Source of the DNA: a bacterium
GTDB lineage: Bacteria; Zhuqueibacterota; Zhuqueibacteria; Zhuqueibacterales; Zhuqueibacteraceae
DNA length: 29,908 bases
Reading direction: 5' to 3'
NCBI GenBank assembly: GCA_044869275.1
Contig: JBIOXB010000253.1
Span: 1-29,908 of the forward strand
Shown here: piece after piece, positions 1-8,240 of the stretch
Layout of the letters: each line of letters begins with the position of its first letter
How positions within the stretch are numbered: position 1 is the stretch's first letter
Translations under genes and position numbers: made by a program
Notes under the pieces: generated by a model
The model's database searches: none
The model's input: the letters and a program-made list of their open reading frames with translations, nothing else
What the model was told of the DNA's origin: nothing

Positions 1-590
1 AAATCCGGCAACATATTGAGACGACTAATCTGCTGCGTCCCAATCGCCAAGAAACCGGGAGGCATATCTGCCTGGCGCAAGGCGTGCAAACTGGTGATCG
101 TGTCGCTGCCGGTTCCGAATCGCGACAGCAAACGCGGCGGGTGCAAGCGGGTGTTGGCCAGCACGCCGAGCCCCCAACCCGGCGCCGCGACGAGGAGATA
201 GCCCCAGCCCGAAGCCATCGCGCTGAGCGACCGGCCGTGCATCTGCGGCAGTTCGACTTGGCGAAACTCCTTGATCACACTTTTGGCATCAATCTCGTGC
301 GCCGCCTGAAATTGGATGACCGCATCTTCAAAGGCCAAAGCCTGCCGGCAAGAGCGGCAAAATTTTGCGAGAGCGCGGTTGCTCTCTCCGCAGGCTGGAC
401 AAAATTGCACCGGCTGCGAGCAGCCCGCATCGCCGCAAATCGCATCGAGGGTATGGCATTCAGCAGCGAAACTCTCGGCCTTGTCCGGGCTCGGTTTCGA
501 ACCATTTTTCGTATGGTGCGGATAGGGACAGGCCCAATCTTTCTGCATCTTACTGCCGGCGCCTACGGCATTGTCGGAATTAGCATTCAT
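1..590 (-). CDS. Double zinc-ribbon domain protein, 3'-truncated by the window edge (not in ORF track)
   Basis: Manual translation from ATG at 590 is open to position 1: MNANSDNAVGAGSKMQKDWACPYPHH...ECHTLDAICGDAGCSQPVQFCPACGESNRALAKFCRSCRQAL... It has two CxxC pairs in the CPxCGxxN...AKFCxxC zinc-ribbon pattern, and an in-frame TAA lies upstream of the ATG. Confidence 0.75.
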   Translation of the reverse strand, partial: MNANSDNAVGAGSKMQKDWACPYPHHTKNGSKPSPDKAESFAAECHTLDAICGDAGCSQPVQFCPACGESNRALAKFCRSCRQALAFEDAVIQFQAAHEIDAKSVIKEFRQVELPQMHGRSLSAMASGWGYLLVAAPGWGLGVLANTRLHPPRLLSRFGTGSDTITSLHALRQADMPPGFLAIGTQQISRLNMLPD

Positions 591-824
591 CGACTTGTTT
601 AATAGACATTAACGCACAACGATGCAGAAAAATTTGAAGCAATTTTCAAAAATGAGAGGTGGGGCGAACACGGAAGGCAGGAGAAACTGTGACAGAAAGG
701 ATATACTTTCGTCTCACCGAGGCAGAAGCAGGGCACAATTGCCAGTATTTTCAACGCTCTTTCTCGATGAAACTCGGAATCCAGACTTGAAAAAGACGGT
801 GGAGGATTTTTTTGAGAACAATTT

Positions 825-1784
825 TTACTTCGCCGCAGCTTTGCGCAGGCGGTCCATGATTGCACGCCCCAGACCGATTTCCGGGACAGGTTCGACATAG
901 ATCACATCCAAGCCGGCACGATCGAGGCGATGCAGGCATGAGAACAGGTTGGCGGCAGCCTCCTGCACGTCTCCCGAAGGTGAAAGAATTTCAATTCGCG
1001 CAAAAGGCAAATTTCCCGAGGGTGTTTCGAAGGCCAGCAAGCCAGCCCGTTGATCACCGGGGAATTTGAGATCATTGGGCAAGAACTGAACCGGCGTGCG
1101 CGGCGCGTAATGGCTCGGCAATTGTCCGGGCCCGAGCGGGCGAAGGGGATTCGAGGCCAGAACTTCGATTTCGCCCATCACTTGCACGAGTGCTTCCCAG
1201 GGCACGCCGCCGGGCCGAATTAAACGCGGCGTTTTCGTGCTGAGATCGAGAATCGTGGATTCTACCCCGACCGGGCAGGGCCCGCCGTCCAAAATCAAGT
1301 CGACTTTCGCGCCGAGCTGATCGGCGACGTGTTGCGCGGTGGTCGGGCTGAGGTAGCCAAAGGGATTCGCGCTCGGCGCGGCGATGGGCGTGTGCGCCGT
1401 ACGAATTAATTCCAAGGCGACCGGGTGATCCGGCATGCGCAGTGCCACATAGGGCAGCCCCGCGGTTACAATATCGGGCACGAGATCGGTTTTGGGAACG
1501 ACGAGCGTCAGCGGTCCCGGCCAAAATCTTTCCGTGAGCAGCCTGGCGCGCTCGTCGAATTGCGTGCACAGTTTTGCCAGCCAGTCCACATCGGCGAGGT
1601 GCACGATCAGCGGATCGAAATAAGGCCGGTTTTTCACGGCAAAAATCTTCGCGCACGCTTGCGCCGCCAGAGCGTCCGCGCCCAAGCCGTAAACCGTCTC
1701 GGTCGGAAAAGACACGAGGTTGCCGTTGCGGATGATTTCCGCAGCAAGCTGAATGGAAGTCGGTGTCGCGGCTACTACATTCAT
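825..1784 (-). CDS. sua5: L-threonylcarbamoyladenylate synthase, Sua5/YwlC type (YrdC domain plus SUA5 C-terminal domain)
   Basis: Motifs FPTETVYGLGADA, KNRPYFDPLIVH, FWPGPLTLV, APSAN, GVESTI and the linker PGQLPSHYAP. Confidence 0.96.
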   Translation of the reverse strand: MNVVAATPTSIQLAAEIIRNGNLVSFPTETVYGLGADALAAQACAKIFAVKNRPYFDPLIVHLADVDWLAKLCTQFDERARLLTERFWPGPLTLVVPKTDLVPDIVTAGLPYVALRMPDHPVALELIRTAHTPIAAPSANPFGYLSPTTAQHVADQLGAKVDLILDGGPCPVGVESTILDLSTKTPRLIRPGGVPWEALVQVMGEIEVLASNPLRPLGPGQLPSHYAPRTPVQFLPNDLKFPGDQRAGLLAFETPSGNLPFARIEILSPSGDVQEAAANLFSCLHRLDRAGLDVIYVEPVPEIGLGRAIMDRLRKAAAK

Positions 1785-1852
1785 TTTAGATTTTGAGCTT
1801 GGGAGTTCCGATGCTGAAATTGATCGTGGCTGCTTGATGTTGATCTCTCAAT
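1784..1852. repeat. Degenerate ~7-nt periodic intergenic tract
   Basis: ttttaga|ttttgag|cttggga|gttccga|tgctgaa ... tgcttga; shares units with the 2381-2478 tract but phasing is imperfect. Confidence 0.35.
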
Positions 1853-1873
1853 TCATGGCGTGCCGGAGAGTGA

Positions 1874-2371
1874 TCATTGCTTGCCCTCCTCCAGCTTCTC
1901 CGCCCGTTCCAGCGCCATCTTTTCCAACTGCGCCTTGTATAACTTCACCCGTGTGCGAATTTCCGAAAATTTGACGCCCAGCATTTGCGCCGCGAGAATG
2001 CCGGCGTTTTTGGCATTGTTGATGGCGACGGCGGCAACCGGAACCCCCGCGGGCATTTGTACGATGGATAACAATGAATCCAGGCCTTCCAATGACGAGG
2101 CTTTAACCGGCACACCGATGACGGGCAAAGACGTAAGCGCGGCGACCATGCCGGGCAAATGTGCCGCGCCGCCCGCGCCGGCAATGATGACTTGCAGGCC
2201 TCTCTCTTCTGCCGTGCGCGCATAGTCATACATGCGTTGCGGCGTACGATGCGCGGAAACAATCGTCATCTCAAAGGGCACGCCGAATTCCCGCAACATC
2301 TCCGCGGCTTGTTGCATGACGGGTAAGTCGGAATCGCTGCCCATAATGATGCCAACGAGGGGGTTGAACAT
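1874..2371 (-). CDS. purE: N5-carboxyaminoimidazole ribonucleotide mutase
   Basis: Motifs [33 protein letters not shown] and [12 protein letters not shown]. Confidence 0.98.
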   Translation of the reverse strand: MFNPLVGIIMGSDSDLPVMQQAAEMLREFGVPFEMTIVSAHRTPQRMYDYARTAEERGLQVIIAGAGGAAHLPGMVAALTSLPVIGVPVKASSLEGLDSLLSIVQMPAGVPVAAVAINNAKNAGILAAQMLGVKFSEIRTRVKLYKAQLEKMALERAEKLEEGKQ

Positions 2372-2380
2372 AGGACACCT

Positions 2381-2478
2381 TGCTTGATGCTGGGTGCTTG
2401 TTACTTGTTGCTGGAGGTCAGATGCTCGACTCTCAATTCTTACTTTACGATCGAGGATCGACGATCAACTATCCACAA
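2381..2478. repeat. Degenerate heptamer tandem array (about 14 units) filling the purK-purE spacer
   Basis: tgcttga|tgctggg|tgcttgt|tacttgt|tgctgga|ggtcaga|tgctcga|ctctcaa|ttcttac|tttacga|tcgagga|tcgacga|tcaacta|tccacaa. Confidence 0.7.
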
Positions 2479-3647
2479 TTCCTCTCCACCGCCTGCACTT
2501 TCAAAATCTCTTGCGCGCGCCGGGCATTAGACAAGGCCTTTTCAACATTGTCGTTGAGAATGGTGGCGTGCCCCATTTTCCGCAACGGCCGCGTTTCAGC
2601 TTTTCCATACCAATGAAACGAGAGGCCCGGAATAGCCAGCGCTTCGCGCAAGCCTGCAATCGCGGGTGGGCCGGAGAAATCCGGATCGCCCAAAAGGTTC
2701 AACATCACCGCCGGCTGCAAGAGCTGGGCCGAACCCAGCGGCAAGCCCGTGATCGCGCGCAGATGCTGCTCAAATTGGCTGGTGGCACATGCTGCCATGG
2801 TGTAATGACCGGAATTGTGCGGCCGCGGCGCGACTTCATTCACCAATAATTGCCGTTGCCGCGTCAGGAAAAATTCAATCCCAAAAATGCCCACGCCTTG
2901 CAGCGCTGCCACGCATGCCGTGCCGATTTCCTGCGCACGCATCTGTAATTGTCGCTCGATGCGCGCGGGCGCAATGACGACGTCCAAAATATTGCCCGCC
3001 GCGGCGAATTGCATTTCCACAACGGGATAGCATTGCGTTTCGCCGCTGGCGCTACGCGCCACCATCACCGCCAGCTCTTTTTCGATGGCGACGCATTCTT
3101 CCAGCAGCGCGGCGCCAGGCAGCGCCGCGGCAACCTCCTCCGGAGCGTGCAAGATTTTCACCGCGCGGCCATCGTATCCGCCAAAGCGCAGTTTTTGCAC
3201 CAGCGGAAACCCGAAGCGTTCGCAGGTTTCCAAATCGATTCTGTCTGCCTGCTGAAAACGCGGTACGGGAATGCCGTGGCGCGCCAGGAACTCCTTTTGC
3301 CGCAATTTATCCTGGATCATTTCCAACAAGGCCGGCGCGGGATGAATGTTGAACCCCGACGCTGCGAGCTCTTTCAAGACCGAAACGTCGATGTGCTCGA
3401 TGTCATAGGTCACCACTTCGCTCGAGCGTACCAGCTCTTGCAGCTTTTGCGAATCGTAAAAGTTGCCGACGAGCTCGGCATCGGCGAATTGCCCCGCGGG
3501 CGAATTTGGCGTAGGATCCAGCACGGCGACAAAAAAGCCCATTTCCTTGGCTTTGCTGGCCATCATGCGGCCCAATTGCCCGCCACCCACGATACCCAGG
3601 CGAACGAAAGGATAGTCGAAACGGCTGCGGTTTTGGTAACTGGTCAT
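2469..3647 (-). CDS. purK: N5-carboxyaminoimidazole ribonucleotide synthase (ATP-grasp)
   Basis: Motifs LGIVGGGQLGRMM, QDKLRQK, GYDGR, NEVAPRPHNSGH, SQFEQHLRA and RKMGH. Start placed at ATG 3647 (MTSYQNR), behind GGTGAG; the track's 3800 start overlaps the upstream gene. Confidence 0.95.
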   Translation of the reverse strand: MTSYQNRSRFDYPFVRLGIVGGGQLGRMMASKAKEMGFFVAVLDPTPNSPAGQFADAELVGNFYDSQKLQELVRSSEVVTYDIEHIDVSVLKELAASGFNIHPAPALLEMIQDKLRQKEFLARHGIPVPRFQQADRIDLETCERFGFPLVQKLRFGGYDGRAVKILHAPEEVAAALPGAALLEECVAIEKELAVMVARSASGETQCYPVVEMQFAAAGNILDVVIAPARIERQLQMRAQEIGTACVAALQGVGIFGIEFFLTRQRQLLVNEVAPRPHNSGHYTMAACATSQFEQHLRAITGLPLGSAQLLQPAVMLNLLGDPDFSGPPAIAGLREALAIPGLSFHWYGKAETRPLRKMGHATILNDNVEKALSNARRAQEILKVQAVERNCG

Positions 3648-3690
3648 GGATTTCTCACCAACGGCCACCCCGTGCCCCTGGGCGAGTTTT

Positions 3691-5007
3691 TCAGCTCCAG
3701 GGCTCATTTTCCAAATCTTTGTCCAGTTTCCGCAGCATGATCTTATCCACGCGCGGGCCATCCATATCGACGACTTCAAAATGAAAATTCTTCCACTCAA
3801 AAGACTCGCCGGCCACCGGGATGTGCTCGAGATAGATGATCACGAAGCCGCCGATGGTCTCGTAATCGCCACGCTCGTCCCCAGGCAATTCTTCGATGCC
3901 GAAATACTCTTTGAACTCGTGGATGGGGAGCAGGCCATCAATGAGCCAGGAGCCGTCTTCACGCTGGACGATTTGCGGCGCAGCTGCGGTGCCGACGTTA
4001 GGCAGATCGCCGACGATGGCTTCGAGAATATCGTTGAGCGTGAGCAGGCCTGCGATTTCGCCGTATTCGTCGATCACCAGCGCAATATGCGTGCGGGATT
4101 TTTTGAACAGCTCCAAAACCGCGAGTGCGCGCATTCTCTCATGCACGAAGAGCGGCTGCCGCAGCGCGGCATGCAAATCCATTGGCTGGCCGCTGAGCAC
4201 ACGCGCCAGCAAGTCTTTCACGCGCACGACGCCGAGAAAATTATCCAGGCTGCCCTGGCAAATGGGAAAGCGTGAATAGCCGCTACTGGCAATCTTATCG
4301 CGAATAGCTTCCACCGAATCGTCGAGATCGAGCCAGACAATGTCACTCCGGGAGGTCATCAGCGAGCTCACGCGCCGGTCGGCCAGGCGAAACACGCCCT
4401 CGACCATGTTTTGCTCGGCTTCTTCGAACACTCCCGCCTGGGTGCCTTGATCGATCATGGCCACGACTTCTTCCTCGGTGACCGGGGGCTCTTCCGAGGG
4501 TTTGACGCGGAACAAGCGCAGAATCGCATCCGTGGCAACACTCAAGAATCTCACGAAAGGCGAAGCGAAAACCGACAGTGTGCGCATGGGAGCCGCCATA
4601 AACGCCGCAATGCGTTCGGGATGGTGCAAAGCCAGTCGTTTGGGCACCAGCTCGCCAAGAATCAACGAGAGCATCGTAATCACAAAAACGACGAGGCCGA
4701 AGGCAAACGCTTCGCTGTGTGCTGTCAGCCAGGGCGCGGTTTTCAAGGCTTCGGCCAGCTGCTTGGCAATGGTCGCGCCGCCGAAAGCGCCCGCAAAAAC
4801 GCCGATCAAAGTGATACCGAATTGCACCGTGGACAGAAAACGCGTAGGATCGTTTGCCAATTCAAGAGCGACCGCCGCGCCATGGTTGCCTTCGCTGGCC
4901 CATTGTTCCAGACGCGTTTTGCGCGAGGACACCACCGCAGTTTCGGACATCGCCAGGACGGCGTTGGTGACGATCAACAACAAAATGCACATGATTTCCA
5001 GAGTCAT
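3691..5007 (-). CDS. CNNM/CorB (hemolysin-family) membrane protein: DUF21, CBS pair and CorC_HlyC domain; probable Mg2+/Co2+ transport
   Basis: Motifs AMSETAVVSSRK, FLSTVQFGIT, GELVPKRLA, YSRFP, VIDEYG, LEAIVG and C-terminal YETIGGF...VVDMDGPRVDK. Start ATG 5007 has GGAG upstream. Confidence 0.92.
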   Translation of the reverse strand: MTLEIMCILLLIVTNAVLAMSETAVVSSRKTRLEQWASEGNHGAAVALELANDPTRFLSTVQFGITLIGVFAGAFGGATIAKQLAEALKTAPWLTAHSEAFAFGLVVFVITMLSLILGELVPKRLALHHPERIAAFMAAPMRTLSVFASPFVRFLSVATDAILRLFRVKPSEEPPVTEEEVVAMIDQGTQAGVFEEAEQNMVEGVFRLADRRVSSLMTSRSDIVWLDLDDSVEAIRDKIASSGYSRFPICQGSLDNFLGVVRVKDLLARVLSGQPMDLHAALRQPLFVHERMRALAVLELFKKSRTHIALVIDEYGEIAGLLTLNDILEAIVGDLPNVGTAAAPQIVQREDGSWLIDGLLPIHEFKEYFGIEELPGDERGDYETIGGFVIIYLEHIPVAGESFEWKNFHFEVVDMDGPRVDKIMLRKLDKDLENEPWS

Positions 5008-5252
5008 AGCTCGCTCCCGCACAACCTTTCGACTCAAATCGCTGAGACGCAACTGCACCTGTATTTACTATCGCTGCCCGGCGCGTGCAAGCGCACGATC
5101 CATTTCATGAGCAGGTATACGGATAAACTGGAGCGGGCGCTCCACGGGCGGCGCATCAACTCCTGGCCAGGCGTTTCTCTCTCCGCGCGAGCGTCAGCTT
5201 TGGAGCGGGCGGTGTGACCAGAATGGTCCCGATCACCATGATGACGATGGCT

Positions 5253-5284
5253 AAAAAAAACGGCGTCGTCGATCACCGCGACGC
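5253..5284 (-). terminator. Intrinsic terminator after terC
   Basis: Minus strand GCGTCG-CGGTGATCGA-CGACGC followed by CG and T8, 13 nt after the terC stop. Confidence 0.7.
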
Positions 5285-5296
5285 GCAGTGGTGCCG

Positions 5297-6265
5297 CTAT
5301 TGCACCTGTTCTTTGCTTTTCTTCTTGCGTCGAGGCTCGGCCGCCGGAGGTTCTCCCTTCTCTGCTGGAAACACGATCGAAAGCAAGATTGAAGCAGACA
5401 AAACCAGGGCGACGACGCCGAGCGCGACCGCGATGGGAATTTTGACGAGATCGGCCAGCATCATTTTGGCGCCGACAAAAATCAGAATCAGGCCGAGGCC
5501 GTAGTTGAGATAATGAAAAAGCTTCATGATTCCCGCCAGCGCAAAGTACAACGCGCGCAAGCCCAAAATGGCGAAAACATTGGAGGTATAAACGATGAAG
5601 GAATCCGTCGAAATGGCGAGAACCGCGGGAATCGAGTCCAGCGCAAAAACCAAATCCGTGGTTTCAATCATCATCAAAACGATGAACAGCGGCGTCGCGT
5701 ACAGCCCATCCTTGCGCACAAAGAACTTGCTGCCTTCGTAACGCTCGGTCACCGGCATGAAGCGGCGGAAAACCTTCAACACCGGATTTTTTTCGGGGTG
5801 AATCTCTTCATCATCTTCCTTGAACATGCGGATGCCGGTAAAAATCAAAAAGGCCCCAAAGAGGTAAATGATCCAATGAAACTTGGCGAGCAGCGCCACG
5901 CCCAAAGCAATGAAAATCGCGCGCATGATCAACGCGCCAACAATGCCCCAAAACAAAACTTTGTGCTGGTAGCGCCCCGGCACCTGGAAGTAAGTGAAAA
6001 TCATCAAAAAAATGAAGATATTATCGACGCTCAGCGACTTCTCGATAAGATAGCCGGCGAGAAACTGCAGGGCTTTTTCCGCGCCGAGGAAATAATACAC
6101 GCCCACATTGAACAACAGGGACAAGCCAATCCACATGGCGCTCCACCACAAGGCCTCCTTGGTTTTCACCTCGTGCTCTTTGCGATGGAACACGCCGAGA
6201 TCCAACGCCAACATTGCCAGGACGAAAACGTTGAATCCGACCCACAACAGAATGGTATTTGACAT
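5297..6265 (-). CDS. terC: TerC/Alx family membrane protein (Mn2+ export or metalation family)
   Basis: Motifs GYLIEKSLSVDNIF, QHKVLFWGIVGAL, ATPLF, IETTDLVFALDSIPAV and YTSNVFAILGLRALYF. Confidence 0.95.
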   Translation of the reverse strand: MSNTILLWVGFNVFVLAMLALDLGVFHRKEHEVKTKEALWWSAMWIGLSLLFNVGVYYFLGAEKALQFLAGYLIEKSLSVDNIFIFLMIFTYFQVPGRYQHKVLFWGIVGALIMRAIFIALGVALLAKFHWIIYLFGAFLIFTGIRMFKEDDEEIHPEKNPVLKVFRRFMPVTERYEGSKFFVRKDGLYATPLFIVLMMIETTDLVFALDSIPAVLAISTDSFIVYTSNVFAILGLRALYFALAGIMKLFHYLNYGLGLILIFVGAKMMLADLVKIPIAVALGVVALVLSASILLSIVFPAEKGEPPAAEPRRKKKSKEQVQ

Positions 6266-6278
6266 ACGCTCTTTCTAT

Positions 6279-6325
6279 AATAAAAAACCGGCGCCCAGTT
6301 CTGATTCTTCATCACTGAGCACCGG
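6279..6325 (-). terminator. Intrinsic terminator immediately upstream of terC (htpX terminator or attenuator)
   Basis: Minus strand CCGGTGCTCAGT (6325-6314) pairs with ACTGGGCGCCGG (6299-6288), 12 bp including 2 G-U, followed by TTTTTTATT; ends 14 nt before the terC ATG. Confidence 0.8.
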
Positions 6326-6415
6326 CCAACAGTTCAGCAACCTTACACTGCTTGGAATTTGGTATCGATCCTGTCCGCCGGAGCGAAGTCCTTCACCATG
6401 GGAGGCAACGTCCGG
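6279..6415 (-). promoter_or_regulatory. Candidate riboswitch/attenuator leader of terC
   Basis: GCTCCGGCGGACAG (6384-6371) can pair at 12 of 14 positions with CTGTTGGCCGGTGC (6332-6319), which overlaps the terminator 5' arm. Extra small hairpins: GGTGAA-GGAC-TTCGCT and AGCAGT-GTAAG-GTTGCT. Confidence 0.45.
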
Positions 6416-7252
6416 CTACAGCCGCATGCCTTCCAGGCGCGCGATGCGTTCCTCCATCGGCGGATGCGTGCTGAACAAACTGGCAATGCCGCCGCCGCTC
6501 AGCGGGCTGACGATGAACATGTGGGCGGTGGCGGGGCTGGCCTGCATCGGAATGCGTTCCACGCCCAATTGCAGTTTGTGCAGGGCGGCGGACAAATAAC
6601 GCGGATTGCCGGCAATGCGCGCGCCGTCAGCGTCAGCGACGTATTCGCGCGAACGGCTGATGGCCATTTGGATCAGCATGGCGGCGATGGGTGCGACGAT
6701 GATCATGAGCAGGCCGACGATCGGGTTGCTGCCACCCTCGTCGTCGTTGCTGCGGCCGCCGAACAGCATGGCGAAATGGCCCATCTGTGCGAGCATGCTG
6801 ATCGCGCCCGCAAGCGTCGCCGCGATCGTGCCGGTGAGTATGTCACGATTTTTGATGTGCGCCAACTCATGCCCGATCACGCCAGACAACTCCTCGCGGC
6901 TCAACATGCGCATAATGCCTTCCGTCGCCGCCACGGCGGAGTGCTCCGGATCCCGGCCGGTGGCGAAAGCATTGGGTTGTTCGCCCGGAATGATGTACAC
7001 CTTAGGCATGGGCAAACTCGCGCGCGTCGCCAGCGTTCGCACCATGCTGTAAAGCTCCGAAGAAGGGCTGGCTTCCTGCGCGTGGTACATTTTGAGCACG
7101 ATTTTGTCGCTGAACCAATAGCTGATAAAATTCATGAGCACCGCGATCATGAACGCCATGATCATGCCGTTTTGTCCGCCGATGAGATTGCCAATGAGAA
7201 CGAATAAGGCGGTGAGCGCCGCCATGAGAATAAAAGTTCGCGTGGTATTCAT
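6416..7252 (-). CDS. htpX: Membrane zinc metalloprotease HtpX (M48)
   Basis: Motifs [27 protein letters not shown] (HExxH), [10 protein letters not shown] and [11 protein letters not shown]. Start ATG 7252 follows GGAGGA. Confidence 0.96.
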   Translation of the reverse strand: MNTTRTFILMAALTALFVLIGNLIGGQNGMIMAFMIAVLMNFISYWFSDKIVLKMYHAQEASPSSELYSMVRTLATRASLPMPKVYIIPGEQPNAFATGRDPEHSAVAATEGIMRMLSREELSGVIGHELAHIKNRDILTGTIAATLAGAISMLAQMGHFAMLFGGRSNDDEGGSNPIVGLLMIIVAPIAAMLIQMAISRSREYVADADGARIAGNPRYLSAALHKLQLGVERIPMQASPATAHMFIVSPLSGGGIASLFSTHPPMEERIARLEGMRL

Positions 7253-7343
7253 ATAAATAGTCCTCCAAACTGAAAGGAAAAAAATCAATCAGTGTTCACA
7301 TTTTGTCGCTCCACGGCAGCCACCGCAAAGCGTTACGCACAGG

Positions 7344-7372
7344 AATATACGCAAAAACAGGCTTTACATCAA
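7344..7372 (-). promoter_or_regulatory. Sigma70-type promoter of htpX
   Basis: -35 TTGATG (7372-7367), 17-nt spacer, -10 TATATT (7349-7344). Confidence 0.6.
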
Positions 7373-7464
7373 ATCAAATAAAAGCACGAGCGGCCCACCA
7401 TGGAAGAAAATAGCACCTTCCGGCCCAATGCCACCGGCGATGGCGGGAGCAGCTTTGGGCTTTT

Positions 7465-7917
7465 TCAGCAATTTGTCGGATTCATTCTCAATGAGTTCAC
7501 ACGGGGAGGAGGATCAAGTGGCTCAAACGAGGAGTCGCAGCAGGAATTATTTATGCGAAAGGATGGAAATTTTTCACAAACAGGAATGGGAATGGCCTGG
7601 TCGAATTCCGCCGGAAGCCCTTCCCACTCTAACATGACGAGTGCTTGTGAGGACGCAGCAGAAGAGCCGCAGGCGGAATACGGCGTTTCGCTATTTTGCG
7701 CCCGGGGCTGCTCAGCGCGGACATGCACGGGCGCGGACGCGGCGCAACTCAAAGCGCCGCCGCCGTCGTGCTCACAGCTGCGATGCGAACTCAGCCCGGA
7801 GAAACCGAATAGTGAATTGAGCAAAATGGCCACCAGGGCGAGGCGCACTACCGCGGCCATTAAAACCGCGTGCCGGCATAACGCTCTTTCAAAATACTTG
7901 GAGTGCAAGGCATGCAT
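7465..7917 (-). CDS. Hypothetical 150-aa protein with N-terminal hydrophobic segment, Cys/His motifs and a near-terminal PLDPPPR motif
   Basis: Hydrophobic stretch VLMAAVVRLALVAILLNSLFGF, then HRSCEH, SC, AC, CC and EPLDPPPR. A consensus-like promoter places the transcription start at or next to ATG 7917. Confidence 0.5.
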   Translation of the reverse strand: MHALHSKYFERALCRHAVLMAAVVRLALVAILLNSLFGFSGLSSHRSCEHDGGGALSCAASAPVHVRAEQPRAQNSETPYSACGSSAASSQALVMLEWEGLPAEFDQAIPIPVCEKFPSFRINNSCCDSSFEPLDPPPRVNSLRMNPTNC

Positions 7918-7924
7918 AGGGAAC

Positions 7925-7953
7925 ATGATATAAAAATTCGCCAAGATTAACAA
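7925..7953 (-). promoter_or_regulatory. Sigma70-type promoter, probably giving a leaderless mRNA
   Basis: -35 TTGTTA (7953-7948), 17-nt spacer, -10 TATCAT (7930-7925), then 7 nt to ATG 7917. Confidence 0.55.
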
Positions 7954-8240
7954 AAGAATTTTTGCTTATATTGCGCATGGCAACCTTCAGGCTTTGCCAG
8001 CATCTTATGCGGAGAGGTGTAAAACAGTCCTCCCCCTCTGCGAACCGGAGGCTCGCATGGCGTGCTGCAAGCAGGAGGCAGGCGCCACACCCGCCGAGTC
8101 GACCAGCCTGTAGTCCTTGAAATAAAACGGCTTGCGCGAAGTATGTGTGCAACATTCCGCCACAAAATTCGTCATTCTAAAAAAACCGCAATCGCCAGCA
8201 ACACACCAGGCTACGAATTCTCACCGAAGGAGGATGCCAA

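Noticed and set aside
84..602. 172-aa plus-strand ORF in the track
   Set aside because: Antisense shadow of the minus-strand zinc-ribbon gene; no recognisable motifs.
3648..3800. N-terminal extension of purK given by the track
   Set aside because: Overlaps the 3' end of the CNNM gene; PurK similarity starts after ATG 3647.
5034..5276. 80-aa ORF and a hydrophobic alternative frame (TTPFFLAIVIMVIGTILV) between terC and the CNNM gene
   Set aside because: The hydrophobic frame has no start before the segment and overlaps the terC terminator U-tract; the 80-aa ORF has no motif or RBS.
6266..6415. Call as canonical yybP-ykoY or fluoride riboswitch
   Set aside because: Conserved aptamer nucleotides not found on the sense strand; kept only as an unassigned candidate.
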